Shown: positions 43,950 through 53,524 of the stretch, piece after piece
How positions within the stretch are numbered: the stretch's first letter is position 1
Layout of the letters: each line of letters opens with the position of its first letter
Assembly (NCBI GenBank): GCA_963776275.1
Contig: CAVZMI010000006.1
Location: forward strand, 102,453 to 166,452
DNA from: Ignavibacteriota bacterium
Lineage (GTDB): Bacteria > Bacteroidota > Ignavibacteria > UBA10030 > CAVZMI01
Direction: 5' to 3'
Length of the DNA: 64,000 nucleotides
Notes under the pieces: generated by a model
The model's input: the letters and a program-made list of their open reading frames with translations, nothing else
What the model was told of the DNA's origin: nothing
The model's database searches: none
Made by a program: the position numbers and the translations under genes

Positions 43950-44450
43950 TTAGTCACCCGAACACCCTTCAAAATATATTTCTTTTGGAATATCTTTTTC
44001 ATAAACAATCAAATACACTGCCTGAAACCGTATAATATTCAAAGTTTCCGATAGACATCCATGTTTTGATTCAACATCCCCGTGAGAAGGTTTAATTGTA
44101 CCATAGATCTTTTGAATAATATCCCTGGGTGCAGGATAGGCTATGCCAATATTCGGTTCCGTGCTAATCCTTTCAATATCTATAATGGTGTGAGTCCCTG
44201 CTTCGGCAAATGCTTCCCGCAAATCATCAATGGATTTTATTGGGCCGAATTCTCTTAGCACCTGTTCATCGAGTGTTTTTAACATGTCAGCAGATGCTTT
44301 TAACTGCGGGAATTGTTTCAAGAGTTCCGGAGTGAATTGGCTGGCAGGCCCATACTTACCACTTTCTAAAACTTTTTGTTGCAACTCTTGCAATGCTTTT
44401 TCAATGTTTTCTTGATATGGTGTAAAATAATCCCAACCGGTTGCTCCCAT
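43950..44450 (-). CDS. Cassette-borne hypothetical protein
   Basis: GGGAGG RBS, 166 aa ORF exactly between GTTCGAT and an attC. Confidence 0.8.
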   Translation of the reverse strand: MGATGWDYFTPYQENIEKALQELQQKVLESGKYGPASQFTPELLKQFPQLKASADMLKTLDEQVLREFGPIKSIDDLREAFAEAGTHTIIDIERISTEPNIGIAYPAPRDIIQKIYGTIKPSHGDVESKHGCLSETLNIIRFQAVYLIVYEKDIPKEIYFEGCSGD

Positions 44451-44470
44451 TTTACCTCCCTATTTGTGAC

Positions 44471-44536
44471 ATCGAACTATAATTAGATTGATCCGCATAA
44501 GATGCGAGGTGATTGCTTTTGCCAGTATAACATGCC
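44471..44536 (-). mobile_element. attI-like module, copy b (head of array 1)
   Basis: AAC-TATAATTAGATTGATCCGCATAAGATGCG shared with copies a and c; distal half more diverged. Confidence 0.65.
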
Positions 44537-44610
44537 CTCGGCATAACACGACCGCATAAATGATTTCAAAGATCGTCTACCGGACTGTGAACGCCCGCCG
44601 GTTCACGGTT

Positions 44611-44689
44611 AAAGTAAGTCGAGTATTTGAGCGGCACGGGTATTCATGATGCTGCTCAAAGGTACGAAAAAGGATCGTGAAAGGAAATG
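44611..44689 (+). repeat. 79-bp direct repeat, copy 2 (orphan ybaK 5' fragment)
   Basis: Encodes MNTRAAQILDLL on the minus strand versus MKTRAAQILDSL in ybaK. Confidence 0.9.
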
Positions 44690-44902
44690 AAAACCAGATA
44701 CTTGGCCGTTCTGAGAAAAATAGGTGCATATACTCTGTGGCAAAGAATGAAGGGTGCTCATGTTCAGATTATACCGGATGAGACGGGTTGACTGTTCTGG
44801 TTTGATTGGGAACGATAAGCTAACGCTTTTTTGTTCTTATAAGTAGCGCTTGATCACTTTTTCGGAATGAACAGACAATATTCAAAATGAGAAGTAAAAA
44901 AA

Positions 44903-44931
44903 TTGACTTTAACAGCCTTTTTTCGTAAATT
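44903..44931 (+). promoter_or_regulatory. Putative rplU promoter
   Basis: TTGACT, 17 nt, TAAATT. Confidence 0.55.
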
Positions 44932-44979
44932 TATTGACTTTTAATTATAGATACCACGCTTACTTAGGAGGAATTCAGG

Positions 44980-45288
44980 ATGTACGCCGTTGTAGAGATA
45001 GCAGGACACCAGTACAAAGTAACCCCGTCGAGTAAATGCTTCGTTCCGAAACTTGAAGGTGAAGCAGGGACAAAAGTGGAATTCGATAAGGTGTTACTGT
45101 TGGCTGACGAGAATAATATTAAAGTCGGTGCGCCGATTGTTGATGGTGTGAAGGTCGAAGCGACCGTTCTTGGCCATGTTAAAGACGATAAAGTCATCGT
45201 TTTCAAAAAGAAACGGCGGAAAGGTTACCGGGTAAAACGGGGTCATCGTCAGCAGTACACAGAAATTGAAATAACAAATATCGGATAG
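44980..45288 (+). CDS. rplU: 50S ribosomal protein L21
   Basis: MYAVVEIAGHQYKV, FKKKRRKGY, GHRQ. Confidence 0.98.
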   Translation: MYAVVEIAGHQYKVTPSSKCFVPKLEGEAGTKVEFDKVLLLADENNIKVGAPIVDGVKVEATVLGHVKDDKVIVFKKKRRKGYRVKRGHRQQYTEIEITNIG

Positions 45289-45335
45289 TAAATCCCGATT
45301 CGCGATATGCTCGGGAGATGTAAGGAGAAAAAGTC

Positions 45336-45587
45336 ATGGCTCATAAAAAAGGCGCCGGCAGCTCACGAAACGGCCGCGAGAGCAACGCTCAACGACTCGG
45401 CGTCAAGGCATTTGGCGGTCAGCGGGTAACCGCCGGAAGTATTATTATCAGACAGCGGGGTACAAAATTTGCTCCCGGAGTAAATGTCGGTATAGGCAGT
45501 GACGACACGCTTTTTGCGTTAGTCGATGGTGTTGTGAAGTTCGAGCAGCACAGTAAAACGAAAAAGACCGTCAGCGTATCCGCATAA
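45336..45587 (+). CDS. rpmA: 50S ribosomal protein L27
   Basis: [16 protein letters not shown]. Confidence 0.99.
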   Translation: MAHKKGAGSSRNGRESNAQRLGVKAFGGQRVTAGSIIIRQRGTKFAPGVNVGIGSDDTLFALVDGVVKFEQHSKTKKTVSVSA

Positions 45588-45634
45588 GTTCTTTCAATAT
45601 TTTTTACAACGTTCCGTTTCGAGGGACTTGATAG

Positions 45635-45835
<201 letters not shown>

Positions 45836-45857
45836 TTTTTTTACTTGCTATTAATGA

Positions 45858-45894
45858 CTCCGTGTACCATTCAGTTCGGGATACGGAGTTTTTT
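45858..45894 (+). terminator. Intrinsic terminator after rplU-rpmA-mdh'
   Basis: ACTCCGTGT...ATACGGAGT stem followed by a T run. Confidence 0.65.
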
Positions 45895-46000
45895 ATGAAA
45901 AAAAAGTTGATCAGATATATTTTCCCCCATCGACTCATCCCGACAATCCCACTGAGAAACGTGGGATGTAAGAAACACGAGAACGTCGGGATTCGCTCGA

Positions 46001-46125
46001 CGACCCGCTCCGCCGAGCGTCCGCCTCGGCGAGCCGAAGGCGAGACGGGGAGCGAGGCGAGCCTGTCCGTCGGAATCCGTCGAAGGCGGATGGAGGCGGA
46101 AGTCGTCCTTTAGGGCAGGGTAAAT
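46001..46125. repeat. Composite REP-like element
   Basis: 46001-46061 matches 10433-10493 (inverted); 46062-46104 matches 49856-49898 (38/43). Confidence 0.8.
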
Positions 46126-46166
46126 TTTTTAATTTTTCCTTTTTAATTTTTCCTTATCTTTTGGTT

Positions 46167-46937
46167 ATGATACTTCCACTAGCCATCGAAACTGCCAAAC
46201 AAGCCGGCATTTTCCTTAAAGCCAACATCGGCAATATTACTACCATCGAACAGAAATCATCCGAAATCAATCTCGTAACGGATATCGATAAACGTTCGGA
46301 AGCGATGATCATCGGCGCGATTAAAAAGCAATTCCCCACTCATGATATCGTCGCAGAGGAGAGCGGGAGAAGCGCAGGAACGTCAGACTACCGCTGGATT
46401 GTTGATCCGCTTGACGGCACGACAAACTATATGCACGGCCTACCGATGTTCTGTGTTTCAATCGGTATCGAACATAAGGGAGAAATAATTGCAGGCGTCA
46501 TCTACGATCCAATGCACGATGAGCTCTTCACCGCCGAAAAGGGAAGCGGTGCATTTCTAAATGGAAAGAAAATACGGGTTTCAGCCGAAGATCGTTTGAT
46601 TCGCAGTCTTCTCATCACCGGTTTTCCCTACGATGTTAAAAATAATCCCTTCAATGCCATTGAACATTTCAATAACTTTGTTATCGAAGCTCAGGCAATA
46701 CGCCGGCTCGGTTCAGCAGCGATCGATCTGGCATATGTGGCATGCGGCCGTGCCGAAGGTTTCTGGGAAGTGCAGCTTCATCCATGGGATATAGCAGCGG
46801 GAGTAATCATCATTCGTGAAGCGGGCGGCACGGTGACAAATTTCGAAGGAAAACCGATGAACGCCTATACTCCAAACATCGTGGCAAGCAACGGGAAGAT
46901 CCATGACGAGATATTGCGAGTGCTTTCAAAGTGCTGA
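46167..46937 (+). CDS. suhB: Inositol monophosphatase family protein
   Basis: WIVDPLDGTTNY, RRLGSAAIDL, PWDIAAG. Confidence 0.93.
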   Translation: MILPLAIETAKQAGIFLKANIGNITTIEQKSSEINLVTDIDKRSEAMIIGAIKKQFPTHDIVAEESGRSAGTSDYRWIVDPLDGTTNYMHGLPMFCVSIGIEHKGEIIAGVIYDPMHDELFTAEKGSGAFLNGKKIRVSAEDRLIRSLLITGFPYDVKNNPFNAIEHFNNFVIEAQAIRRLGSAAIDLAYVACGRAEGFWEVQLHPWDIAAGVIIIREAGGTVTNFEGKPMNAYTPNIVASNGKIHDEILRVLSKC

Positions 46938-46974
46938 GAGATTGCCGAATGAGTATTGTGGATTGCGAAATACG

Positions 46975-47023
46975 GAATTTTCGCGCGGCCGAAGGCCAAA
47001 TCGCCTGCAGTCGCGGGTTAGCT
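46975..47023 (-). mobile_element. Truncated terminal attC (left half only)
   Basis: Minus strand AGCTAAC-CCGCG-ACTGCAGGCGA 17 nt after the cassette stop; no matching right arm. Confidence 0.5.
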
Positions 47024-47040
47024 GGTATAATACTAGATTA

Positions 47041-47448
47041 CTATCGATTGTGAAATGAAGTGCGTACAGTTGCTAACCGTTTGCGATGATCGCAATACGG
47101 TCGAGCGTAGGTAGCAAAATCTGTGGTTGACAGCTTATCGATTAGATTTGGTACTCCATCCCAGACAGACTGCGCTTTTTCCAAATTAACACAAGATTCA
47201 ATTGGACATTCAGCACAACTACCGAATCCTTTGGATCGGCAGCAACGTCGCGCTTTGCAATTACGGCTTGTGTGAAATACTTCATCGTCTGGCCCGAGAC
47301 AACCATTGCATGAAATATGCTCGACCGTCTCATTCAGTTCATAGATTCTATACCATGCCTCAATTGTCCTCTTCTGATGCGCAATTCCTTTCGTCACCCC
47401 AAGATATGCCGGGCACTCCGAACAAAGCACTCCACATGCAGACATCAT
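47041..47448 (-). CDS. Cassette-borne DUF3795-like Cys-rich protein
   Basis: ACGVLCSECPAY, CNGC, C.ARRCC, CAECP..SC. Confidence 0.8.
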   Translation of the reverse strand: MMSACGVLCSECPAYLGVTKGIAHQKRTIEAWYRIYELNETVEHISCNGCLGPDDEVFHTSRNCKARRCCRSKGFGSCAECPIESCVNLEKAQSVWDGVPNLIDKLSTTDFATYARPYCDHRKRLATVRTSFHNR

Positions 47449-47494
47449 ATTGACCTCTATTCCATTGCCAATGGAAATTTCTATAGTTGGTGCC

Positions 47495-47606
47495 GCCTAA
47501 TGGATGGCGGCTCCGCCTACGTAAATAACACTCCGGCACTTGACCGCTGGAGTTTGCTTTGTAACGCAGGCGGGCTCATTCCGCTAGCTTGAGCACCTAG
47601 TCAGGT
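47495..47606 (-). mobile_element. Degenerate attC (A)
   Basis: Minus strand ACCTGAC-TAGGT-GCTCAAGC...CCATCC-ATTAGGC; shares ~45 bp with sites B and C. Confidence 0.7.
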
Positions 47607-47621
47607 TGCCCAAATCATTTT

Positions 47622-48134
47622 TTATGGTAGTTCCTTTAACTCATCAGAGATGGGCGGTTTTGTATCAAAGTACTCATCCATTTCTTTTTCATTCAAGTTG
47701 ACTTGTCTTATTTCTTTGTACTCCTTTTTCTCAAATGAATAATAGTGGACTGTCGCTTCACAACATCCTAGTTTCCAGTAAGTCTCAATTAATGGAAACC
47801 CATTTTCTTTCTTTTTGAGAATGTACACTATTATGCCTTCAACTGTACCGATTTCTTTATTTGTTTTACCATCGATAATAATCCAGGGACAGCCGCCTGA
47901 TCCACAGTTTACTTCGTCGCTCTCGAACTTTTCTGGTATTTTGTCTCCATTCAAGTCGATTGAAATTGTATATGTAATCGTTTCAGATTCTGCTGGAGGA
48001 CTTTGAATGGTGTCAATTTTCGCCGATTGAGAAGTAAAGAATATTTTATAAGGTGAATTAGTTTGAGCAAAGCAAATGCTTATGCCAAAGAAAAACACAA
48101 AACCGAATTGGATTATTTTCATAATTATCCTCAT
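47622..48134 (-). CDS. Cassette-borne hypothetical exported protein
   Basis: Signal peptide, DLNGDKIPE and CGSGGC; flanked by the inverted pair GGTTGCCCAAATC / GATTGGGCAACC. Confidence 0.75.
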   Translation of the reverse strand: MRIIMKIIQFGFVFFFGISICFAQTNSPYKIFFTSQSAKIDTIQSPPAESETITYTISIDLNGDKIPEKFESDEVNCGSGGCPWIIIDGKTNKEIGTVEGIIVYILKKKENGFPLIETYWKLGCCEATVHYYSFEKKEYKEIRQVNLNEKEMDEYFDTKPPISDELKELP

Positions 48135-48147
48135 AGAAGATTGGGCA

Positions 48148-48455
48148 ACCTCACGGATGGCGGCTCCGTCTACGTAAATATCACTCCGGCGCTTGTCCCT
48201 ACGGGTCGTAGACCGCCGGCCTGTCCCTGCCTGCTCGCCGACGCCCGAAGGGCTTAGGCGAGCCTACGTGCCGGAGGCCTTCGCCCGCCGAAGGCTTCAG
48301 CGAAGGCGGGCACTCCGGCAGGCAGGCGCCGTAGTGAAACGAAAGCGGAAGTTTGCTTTTCGACGTAGGCCTGCCTGCGTGCCTCCGGTAGGCAGGCGGG
48401 CTCATTCCGTTAACTTGCTTGCCCCGAATACTCTTCGGGGATGCGCTGGTTAGGC
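48148..48455 (-). mobile_element. Degenerate attC (B) expanded by nested palindromic insertions
   Basis: GCCTAAC-CAGCGCAT[insert]CAAGTTAACGG...CCATCC-GTGAGGT; collinear with site A apart from the insertions. Confidence 0.7.
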
Positions 48456-48503
48456 GGCCGATTATTTATTTGTTTTCGAATCTTCAAAATTTTTTTTCTC
48501 ATT

Positions 48504-49778
48504 TTAAAAATTACCCATTCTTTTAATAATGGTATTTATAAATAGATAAAGGATATAGATGTCAACCATAACAACCATTATAAAGACAATTCTAGGTAGC
48601 CAATGCCCTAAAGGTTTCTTATAAAGAACTCTCAGAGGGCCGAACTCACAAATGAGCCAGAAACCATAGCTGGTTAAAAATGTTAATAAACCCGGTGTAT
48701 GTCTAAAATTAGACGCTGCTTCGATAGTTCCCTTGATATCCGGCAATATGGAGTAAATTAAGTAAATTGAATATGAAAAAATTATTACACCGCCTACACA
48801 CAGAAGCCGACGGTTCGTAGACTCTGACATTTTAGACAATGTATTTAAGGGCCATCCGATAAAAAGAATGAACGATGATATCCCTTGAATTATGAGGTAT
48901 CTGTTATCGATTGCATCAGCAAACCCTTGAACGTGCATTACTATACCCATCACAACTGCAAATAGCCCAAAAGCACCAATCCATGCATTCACACCTAAAT
49001 ATGTAATTAATGGAGCGACTGCAACATCCTTTTTGCCTATAATGTGGAAGAATATTAATTTATTCAAAGGATATACTTTATCTTCTTTTGTTTCCATACT
49101 TTTCTGTACATAATCACTTTCTTTCTGTACTTCTTCAATTGTTTCTCCCGCCAAGTATTTTTCTAATATTTTCTGAATTCTACGGATGTCTTGTTCCGGA
49201 TATGTTGAAATAATTTCTAACTTCCCTTTATCATGTATAAGTAATAGCTTTTTATTTTCTTGGCTCATTGTTCCCTGCAAAGAAGTATTTTGCCATTTTA
49301 TTCTTTGTACTTTTTGTTTTGGCACTGCCAACTTTATCTTTGGTTTGAATCCGAAAAAACTATCTTGAATTACAATTTGGTATGTATCCAAGATTATTGA
49401 ACGTATTGTAAATATCGGCATAATTAATAATTTATAAACGATACACGGTGGGATAAGAAAGAATAGTAATAGAAAATACATGGGACCACGCATATTACCA
49501 AGCTCTCCGTTTCCTCGAAGTAATTCAAATAATACTCGAAAGAAACCTAATGCAATAGGAAGAATACCAAAACCAATTATAAGAAACAATGCGGTAATCC
49601 AGTTACGCCAGTTATTCTTTATGGCATTTGAAGGCACCCAAAAATATTGTATGTGTAATGTATCATGTAAATTATTGTATAAGACCTTTCGAGGAGATTT
49701 TAGATACGCATGAATTCTTGAAAAAATTGAACCCTTCCTTAATTCATTGTATCCATCTGAAGGACAAGTAATAATCAT
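48504..49778 (-). CDS. Cassette-borne hypothetical multi-pass membrane protein
   Basis: 424 aa, AT-rich, ~7 hydrophobic segments, AAGGA RBS just after site C. Confidence 0.75.
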   Translation of the reverse strand: MIITCPSDGYNELRKGSIFSRIHAYLKSPRKVLYNNLHDTLHIQYFWVPSNAIKNNWRNWITALFLIIGFGILPIALGFFRVLFELLRGNGELGNMRGPMYFLLLFFLIPPCIVYKLLIMPIFTIRSIILDTYQIVIQDSFFGFKPKIKLAVPKQKVQRIKWQNTSLQGTMSQENKKLLLIHDKGKLEIISTYPEQDIRRIQKILEKYLAGETIEEVQKESDYVQKSMETKEDKVYPLNKLIFFHIIGKKDVAVAPLITYLGVNAWIGAFGLFAVVMGIVMHVQGFADAIDNRYLIIQGISSFILFIGWPLNTLSKMSESTNRRLLCVGGVIIFSYSIYLIYSILPDIKGTIEAASNFRHTPGLLTFLTSYGFWLICEFGPLRVLYKKPLGHWLPRIVFIMVVMVDIYILYLFINTIIKRMGNF

Positions 49779-49799
49779 AATATATTCCTTATTTATATT

Positions 49800-49981
49800 G
49801 CTTCACGGATGGCGGCTCCGCCTACGTAAATATCACTCCGGCGCTTAACCGCCGACCTGTCCGTCGGAATACACCGGCGGCGGATGGAGGCGGAAGTCTG
49901 TTTCTCAAGACGCAGTCGGGTCAGCTTGTTGAACGTTTTTTGTGAAACCCCGTGTTTTTTACGGGGAGCGCATGGTTAGGG
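49800..49981 (-). mobile_element. Degenerate attC (C) with palindromic insertions
   Basis: CCCTAAC-CATGCGCT[insert]CAAGCTGAC...CCATCC-GTGAAGC; GTGTGCGCCCTAAC complements the cassette start GTTAGGGTGCACAC at 52022. Confidence 0.75.
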
Positions 49982-50019
49982 CGCACACTATTAGTGCGAT
50001 TGTTTTTTTATCAATATGT

Positions 50020-51986
50020 TCATTTTATTTTTAGTAATTCTGAATATGGCACTACACTCTTGAGCAACCCTCCATTCCAGGCACCAATATATATATTAGA
50101 ATCCGGGCCCAATGATAAAAAATTAATGTAAGTCTCGTTTGGTAATCCTGTCTCAAGCTTAGTCCAATTATTTCCAAGATTTACAGATATATATATAAGA
50201 TTATCTTCAGTCGCAACCATAATTGTATTTGAATCACAAATAGCAACCGCAGTGATTTCTTTATTCTTAAAACCTAATTGTTGCCAATTCTTCCCATGAT
50301 CTGTTGACCGAAGTACTCCTGATTCATCGGTACCTAATAGTAGTGTACCTTTTCCATTAATTGCAAAACATTCAACTCCTTTCTCTTTTGGACATAACGC
50401 TTTCCATGTCCGACAACTGTCCGTAGACTGTTGAATAGTTCCCAATCGTCGATCACCGGAATGTAAATCTCCGCTTATAGGTTCGAAGTCAACGATTATA
50501 CAATAGAATGAATTTGTCGACATGTCATAGTGCAATTTTTCTGCACGGTACCATTTATTAGAGAGGGGAATCAACTTATTATCATTTGAAAGTCTATGAA
50601 CGCCTTCATCCAAACAACCGACATATATATTTTCCATCGAATCTATTGCAAGAGATATTGCATCAATATTCCCAAATCCTGAACCTCCTTGATTCAGACA
50701 ATTCCAATGCTCACCTTTGTCAGTTGATCGAAAAATATATCCAGTCCAAGTTACGGCGTATATTCCTTTGCGGTGTCCAATTATAATAGATGTTATATCC
50801 ATATCTTCTAAATATACACTGACATTATTCCAAGTCAGACCAGCGTCTAATGAGCGGTATATACCGAAACTTGAGGTACCAACATAGATACATTCCTTTG
50901 AATCAAAAACGATGGATTTCACGTAAGCCGGTGACCATCCGGTAGTTAATTGTACCCATTGATTGGTAACCCGATTTAGCCGCAAAACACCTCGACCAGA
51001 TGTGCCAATAATGATGTTACTATCAGGCTCAAATGCAACAGATTTAATATAGGTGTTCGGTAATCCTAAGCTCGAAAAACTATTGCCATAATCAAAAGAT
51101 TCAAGGAGTCCACTATTATTGCTACATACAAACAAATGTCCCCTGCCAAGGTCTATTAAAATCTCATTTAGATGTGCTTTTTCTCCGATAGACCAATTGG
51201 CTCCACGATCTTTTGATCGATAAATATTACCATCTCCCATAATGACAACGAAATCGCCATTATCTAAGGCATTAATCACCTGGGCTACATAAGGATACTG
51301 AGCTCCAATATCGCTCCATACACGACCATCATCATTTGAAATCAAAATCCTTTTCTTATCTGTTATAATAAAAGCTTGTTCGTTTTGTCCAAATCCCATG
51401 TTGTATAATTTGCCAACATTTTTTGGAAGTTTAACTGTAGTCCATGTTTTTCCACAATCACCAGTATGATAGATATCCCCATTCTTATACTGAACAATTA
51501 ACGAACCATGCTCAGATAAAAATATGTTCTCCCAAATAGAGTCTGCTCCTCTTTGAATATTTTTCCAGGAATTACCATCATCTATCGAAAATAGACAGTG
51601 AGCAGGAAATGTTCCCAATTTTGCTATTATGCTTCCATTAGTATTACACCTGAGTGCTGCAATTCTCCATGGTGTATTTAGCGATCTGGTCCAAGTGACC
51701 CCATAGTCTTTAGAAATAAAAATACCATTAATATTTGTACCAGCTAGTATATATCCATTTTTGATGACCAAAACAGATAAAATATCATCAGAAAATCTGA
51801 ACTGTTGAGATTTCGCCAGAGAGGTTTACTTCTTTCTTTTGACGAATCCACTGAAACATTCGAAGTGATATTTTTTGAATTGTTTTCATTTTCTTGCTTT
51901 TTATTGGATCGACATCCAATTGGATAAAGTATAAAATATAGAATTATTAGATTACCAAATATTTTTAGTGTGAATTTTATGGGCAT
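50020..51986 (-). CDS. Cassette-borne BNR/Asp-box beta-propeller lipoprotein; frameshift at homopolymer ~51792-51795
   Basis: Lipobox-like PIGC in 51744..51986; S.D.G.TW repeats in 50020..51771; one extra A joins them (SDFSDDILSVLVIK). Confidence 0.8.
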
Positions 51987-52015
51987 AATATTTCTTTATA
52001 GAATATTTGTGTGCA

Positions 52016-52082
52016 CCCTAACTATAATTAGATTGACCCACATAAGATGCGGAGTTCTGGTTTTGTGCCCATATAACACGCC
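52016..52082 (-). mobile_element. attI-like module, copy c (head of array 2)
   Basis: Ends CTAATTATA-GTTAGGG at the first cassette; 85% identical to copy a. Confidence 0.65.
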
Positions 52083-52145
52083 ATAGTATTTCTCCCTGCT
52101 TCCTAATTACAATTCTGAATGGACGGAAATCCTTTAGTATAAACT

Positions 52146-52174
52146 TGTAGGACGATTTGACAAATCGTCCTACA
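52146..52174. repeat. Perfect palindrome, GTAG-type REP-like or rmuC terminator
   Basis: TGTAGGACGATTTG-A-CAAATCGTCCTACA. Confidence 0.7.
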
Positions 52175-52179
52175 TTGTT

Positions 52180-53364
52180 TCACTTCGAATTCTCTAATTG
52201 CTGCCGCTGATCCTCAGGCAGCGCCTGCGATGTCACAAGCTTCAGCTTATCGTCCAGCATATCGAGCTTCCGTGCCGATTCATCGTATTTGTTTTTTGCA
52301 TTTGTCAGATGTCTGCCTACGGTTTCAAAATCCTCCGCAAACCGCTGAAGATCGTTTTGGAGGCGTGAGAGGTTCTGTATAATTTCTTTTGCGCTTTTTT
52401 CGATCTGAAGCCCTTTAAACCCAAGCGAAACAACCTGCAGCTGTGTGTAGAATGTATTTGGGGAAACCGGGAATACCCGGCGTTCATAGGCATATTCATA
52501 AAGACTGTTATCGTCGCCATATACCTCGTTTTTAATGATGGTCTCGTAATAAATATTTTCCGCCGGGATATACATCAACGCAAAATCGAATGTTCCCTCG
52601 TCGGGAAGAATATATTTCTGAGCAATGGCATCGATATGCTTTTTGACGTCATTGATGAAAGTCCGATAGGCCGTCCTTTTCTCGGCATCGGTGTGCGCCT
52701 CTATCATCTTACGGAAATTCTCGAACGGGAATTTCGCATCGATGGGGATGATACCGTTTGGTGTACGGATAATGGCATCGACAGTCTGTCCGTTCCGGAA
52801 CCGGTATTGGGTCGCGTACGATGATGCAGGAATCACCTGCTTTAGAAGTTCTTCGAGCATCAGCTCACCCAATCCGCCTCGCAATTTTGGCGCCTGGAGC
52901 ATTTCTTCGAGTTTCGAAACATTCTGTCCGAGTTCCTTGATTTCCTGTGTCGCTTTTCCTAATTCTCCGAGGTTTTTCTGGACTTCGCCGATCACTTTTG
53001 CCGCACTATCAAGACGGTTGCCAACCTGTCCCGTGGCTTCCTGCACCTGCCGTGTCACACCGGCAAGCTGATTATTAATCATCTCGTTCGCCTTCTGCAT
53101 CTGTTGGACAACGGAAGCAATCTGTTGATTAACACTGTCCGTTGTATTCTTAAGATTTGTCGAAACAGTATCCGCAGTATTCTTCATGCTGCCTGTCATT
53201 TCTCCACGGAGAGCTTCAACCTGCTGTTGAACCAACAGTGCTATTTGAGCCGATTGATCGGACGGCTGTTGTGTCGGCATCGACGGCAGACGCTTCAGGA
53301 TAAGCCATAGAATAACGATGAGTATAATAAACAGAAATCCGACAATAATAAATGTGGCATCCAT
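52180..53364 (-). CDS. rmuC: DNA recombination protein RmuC
   Basis: RGGLGE..LE, PIDAKFP, KYI.P..GT.DFA.MYIPAE, VSPNT. Confidence 0.93.
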   Translation of the reverse strand: MDATFIIVGFLFIILIVILWLILKRLPSMPTQQPSDQSAQIALLVQQQVEALRGEMTGSMKNTADTVSTNLKNTTDSVNQQIASVVQQMQKANEMINNQLAGVTRQVQEATGQVGNRLDSAAKVIGEVQKNLGELGKATQEIKELGQNVSKLEEMLQAPKLRGGLGELMLEELLKQVIPASSYATQYRFRNGQTVDAIIRTPNGIIPIDAKFPFENFRKMIEAHTDAEKRTAYRTFINDVKKHIDAIAQKYILPDEGTFDFALMYIPAENIYYETIIKNEVYGDDNSLYEYAYERRVFPVSPNTFYTQLQVVSLGFKGLQIEKSAKEIIQNLSRLQNDLQRFAEDFETVGRHLTNAKNKYDESARKLDMLDDKLKLVTSQALPEDQRQQLENSK

Positions 53365-53447
53365 AGAACGGTAGTATAAATGTTTTTATGAGTGGCGCGT
53401 GTGGAAGAATATACACAGATGTTAAGGAAAGGTCAATTGGAGAGCCC

Positions 53448-53476
53448 TTGACAATAGAAATTCACTTCTGTACATT
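53448..53476 (+). promoter_or_regulatory. Putative sigma70 promoter
   Basis: TTGACA, 17 nt, TACATT. Confidence 0.55.
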
Positions 53477-53524
53477 GATTTCATTAGAACAATATCTTTC
53501 ATATACTTATTACCGGAGATTTCT

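Noticed and set aside
43781-44008. N-terminal extension of ORF 43106..44008
   Set aside because: It crosses attC and attI-like DNA and the neighbouring gene; the true start is ATG 43780 with RBS and signal peptide.
44537-44979. Integron integrase or its remnant next to attI-like copies (also checked 52083-52180)
   Set aside because: No ORF or recognisable tyrosine-recombinase motif was found in either interval.
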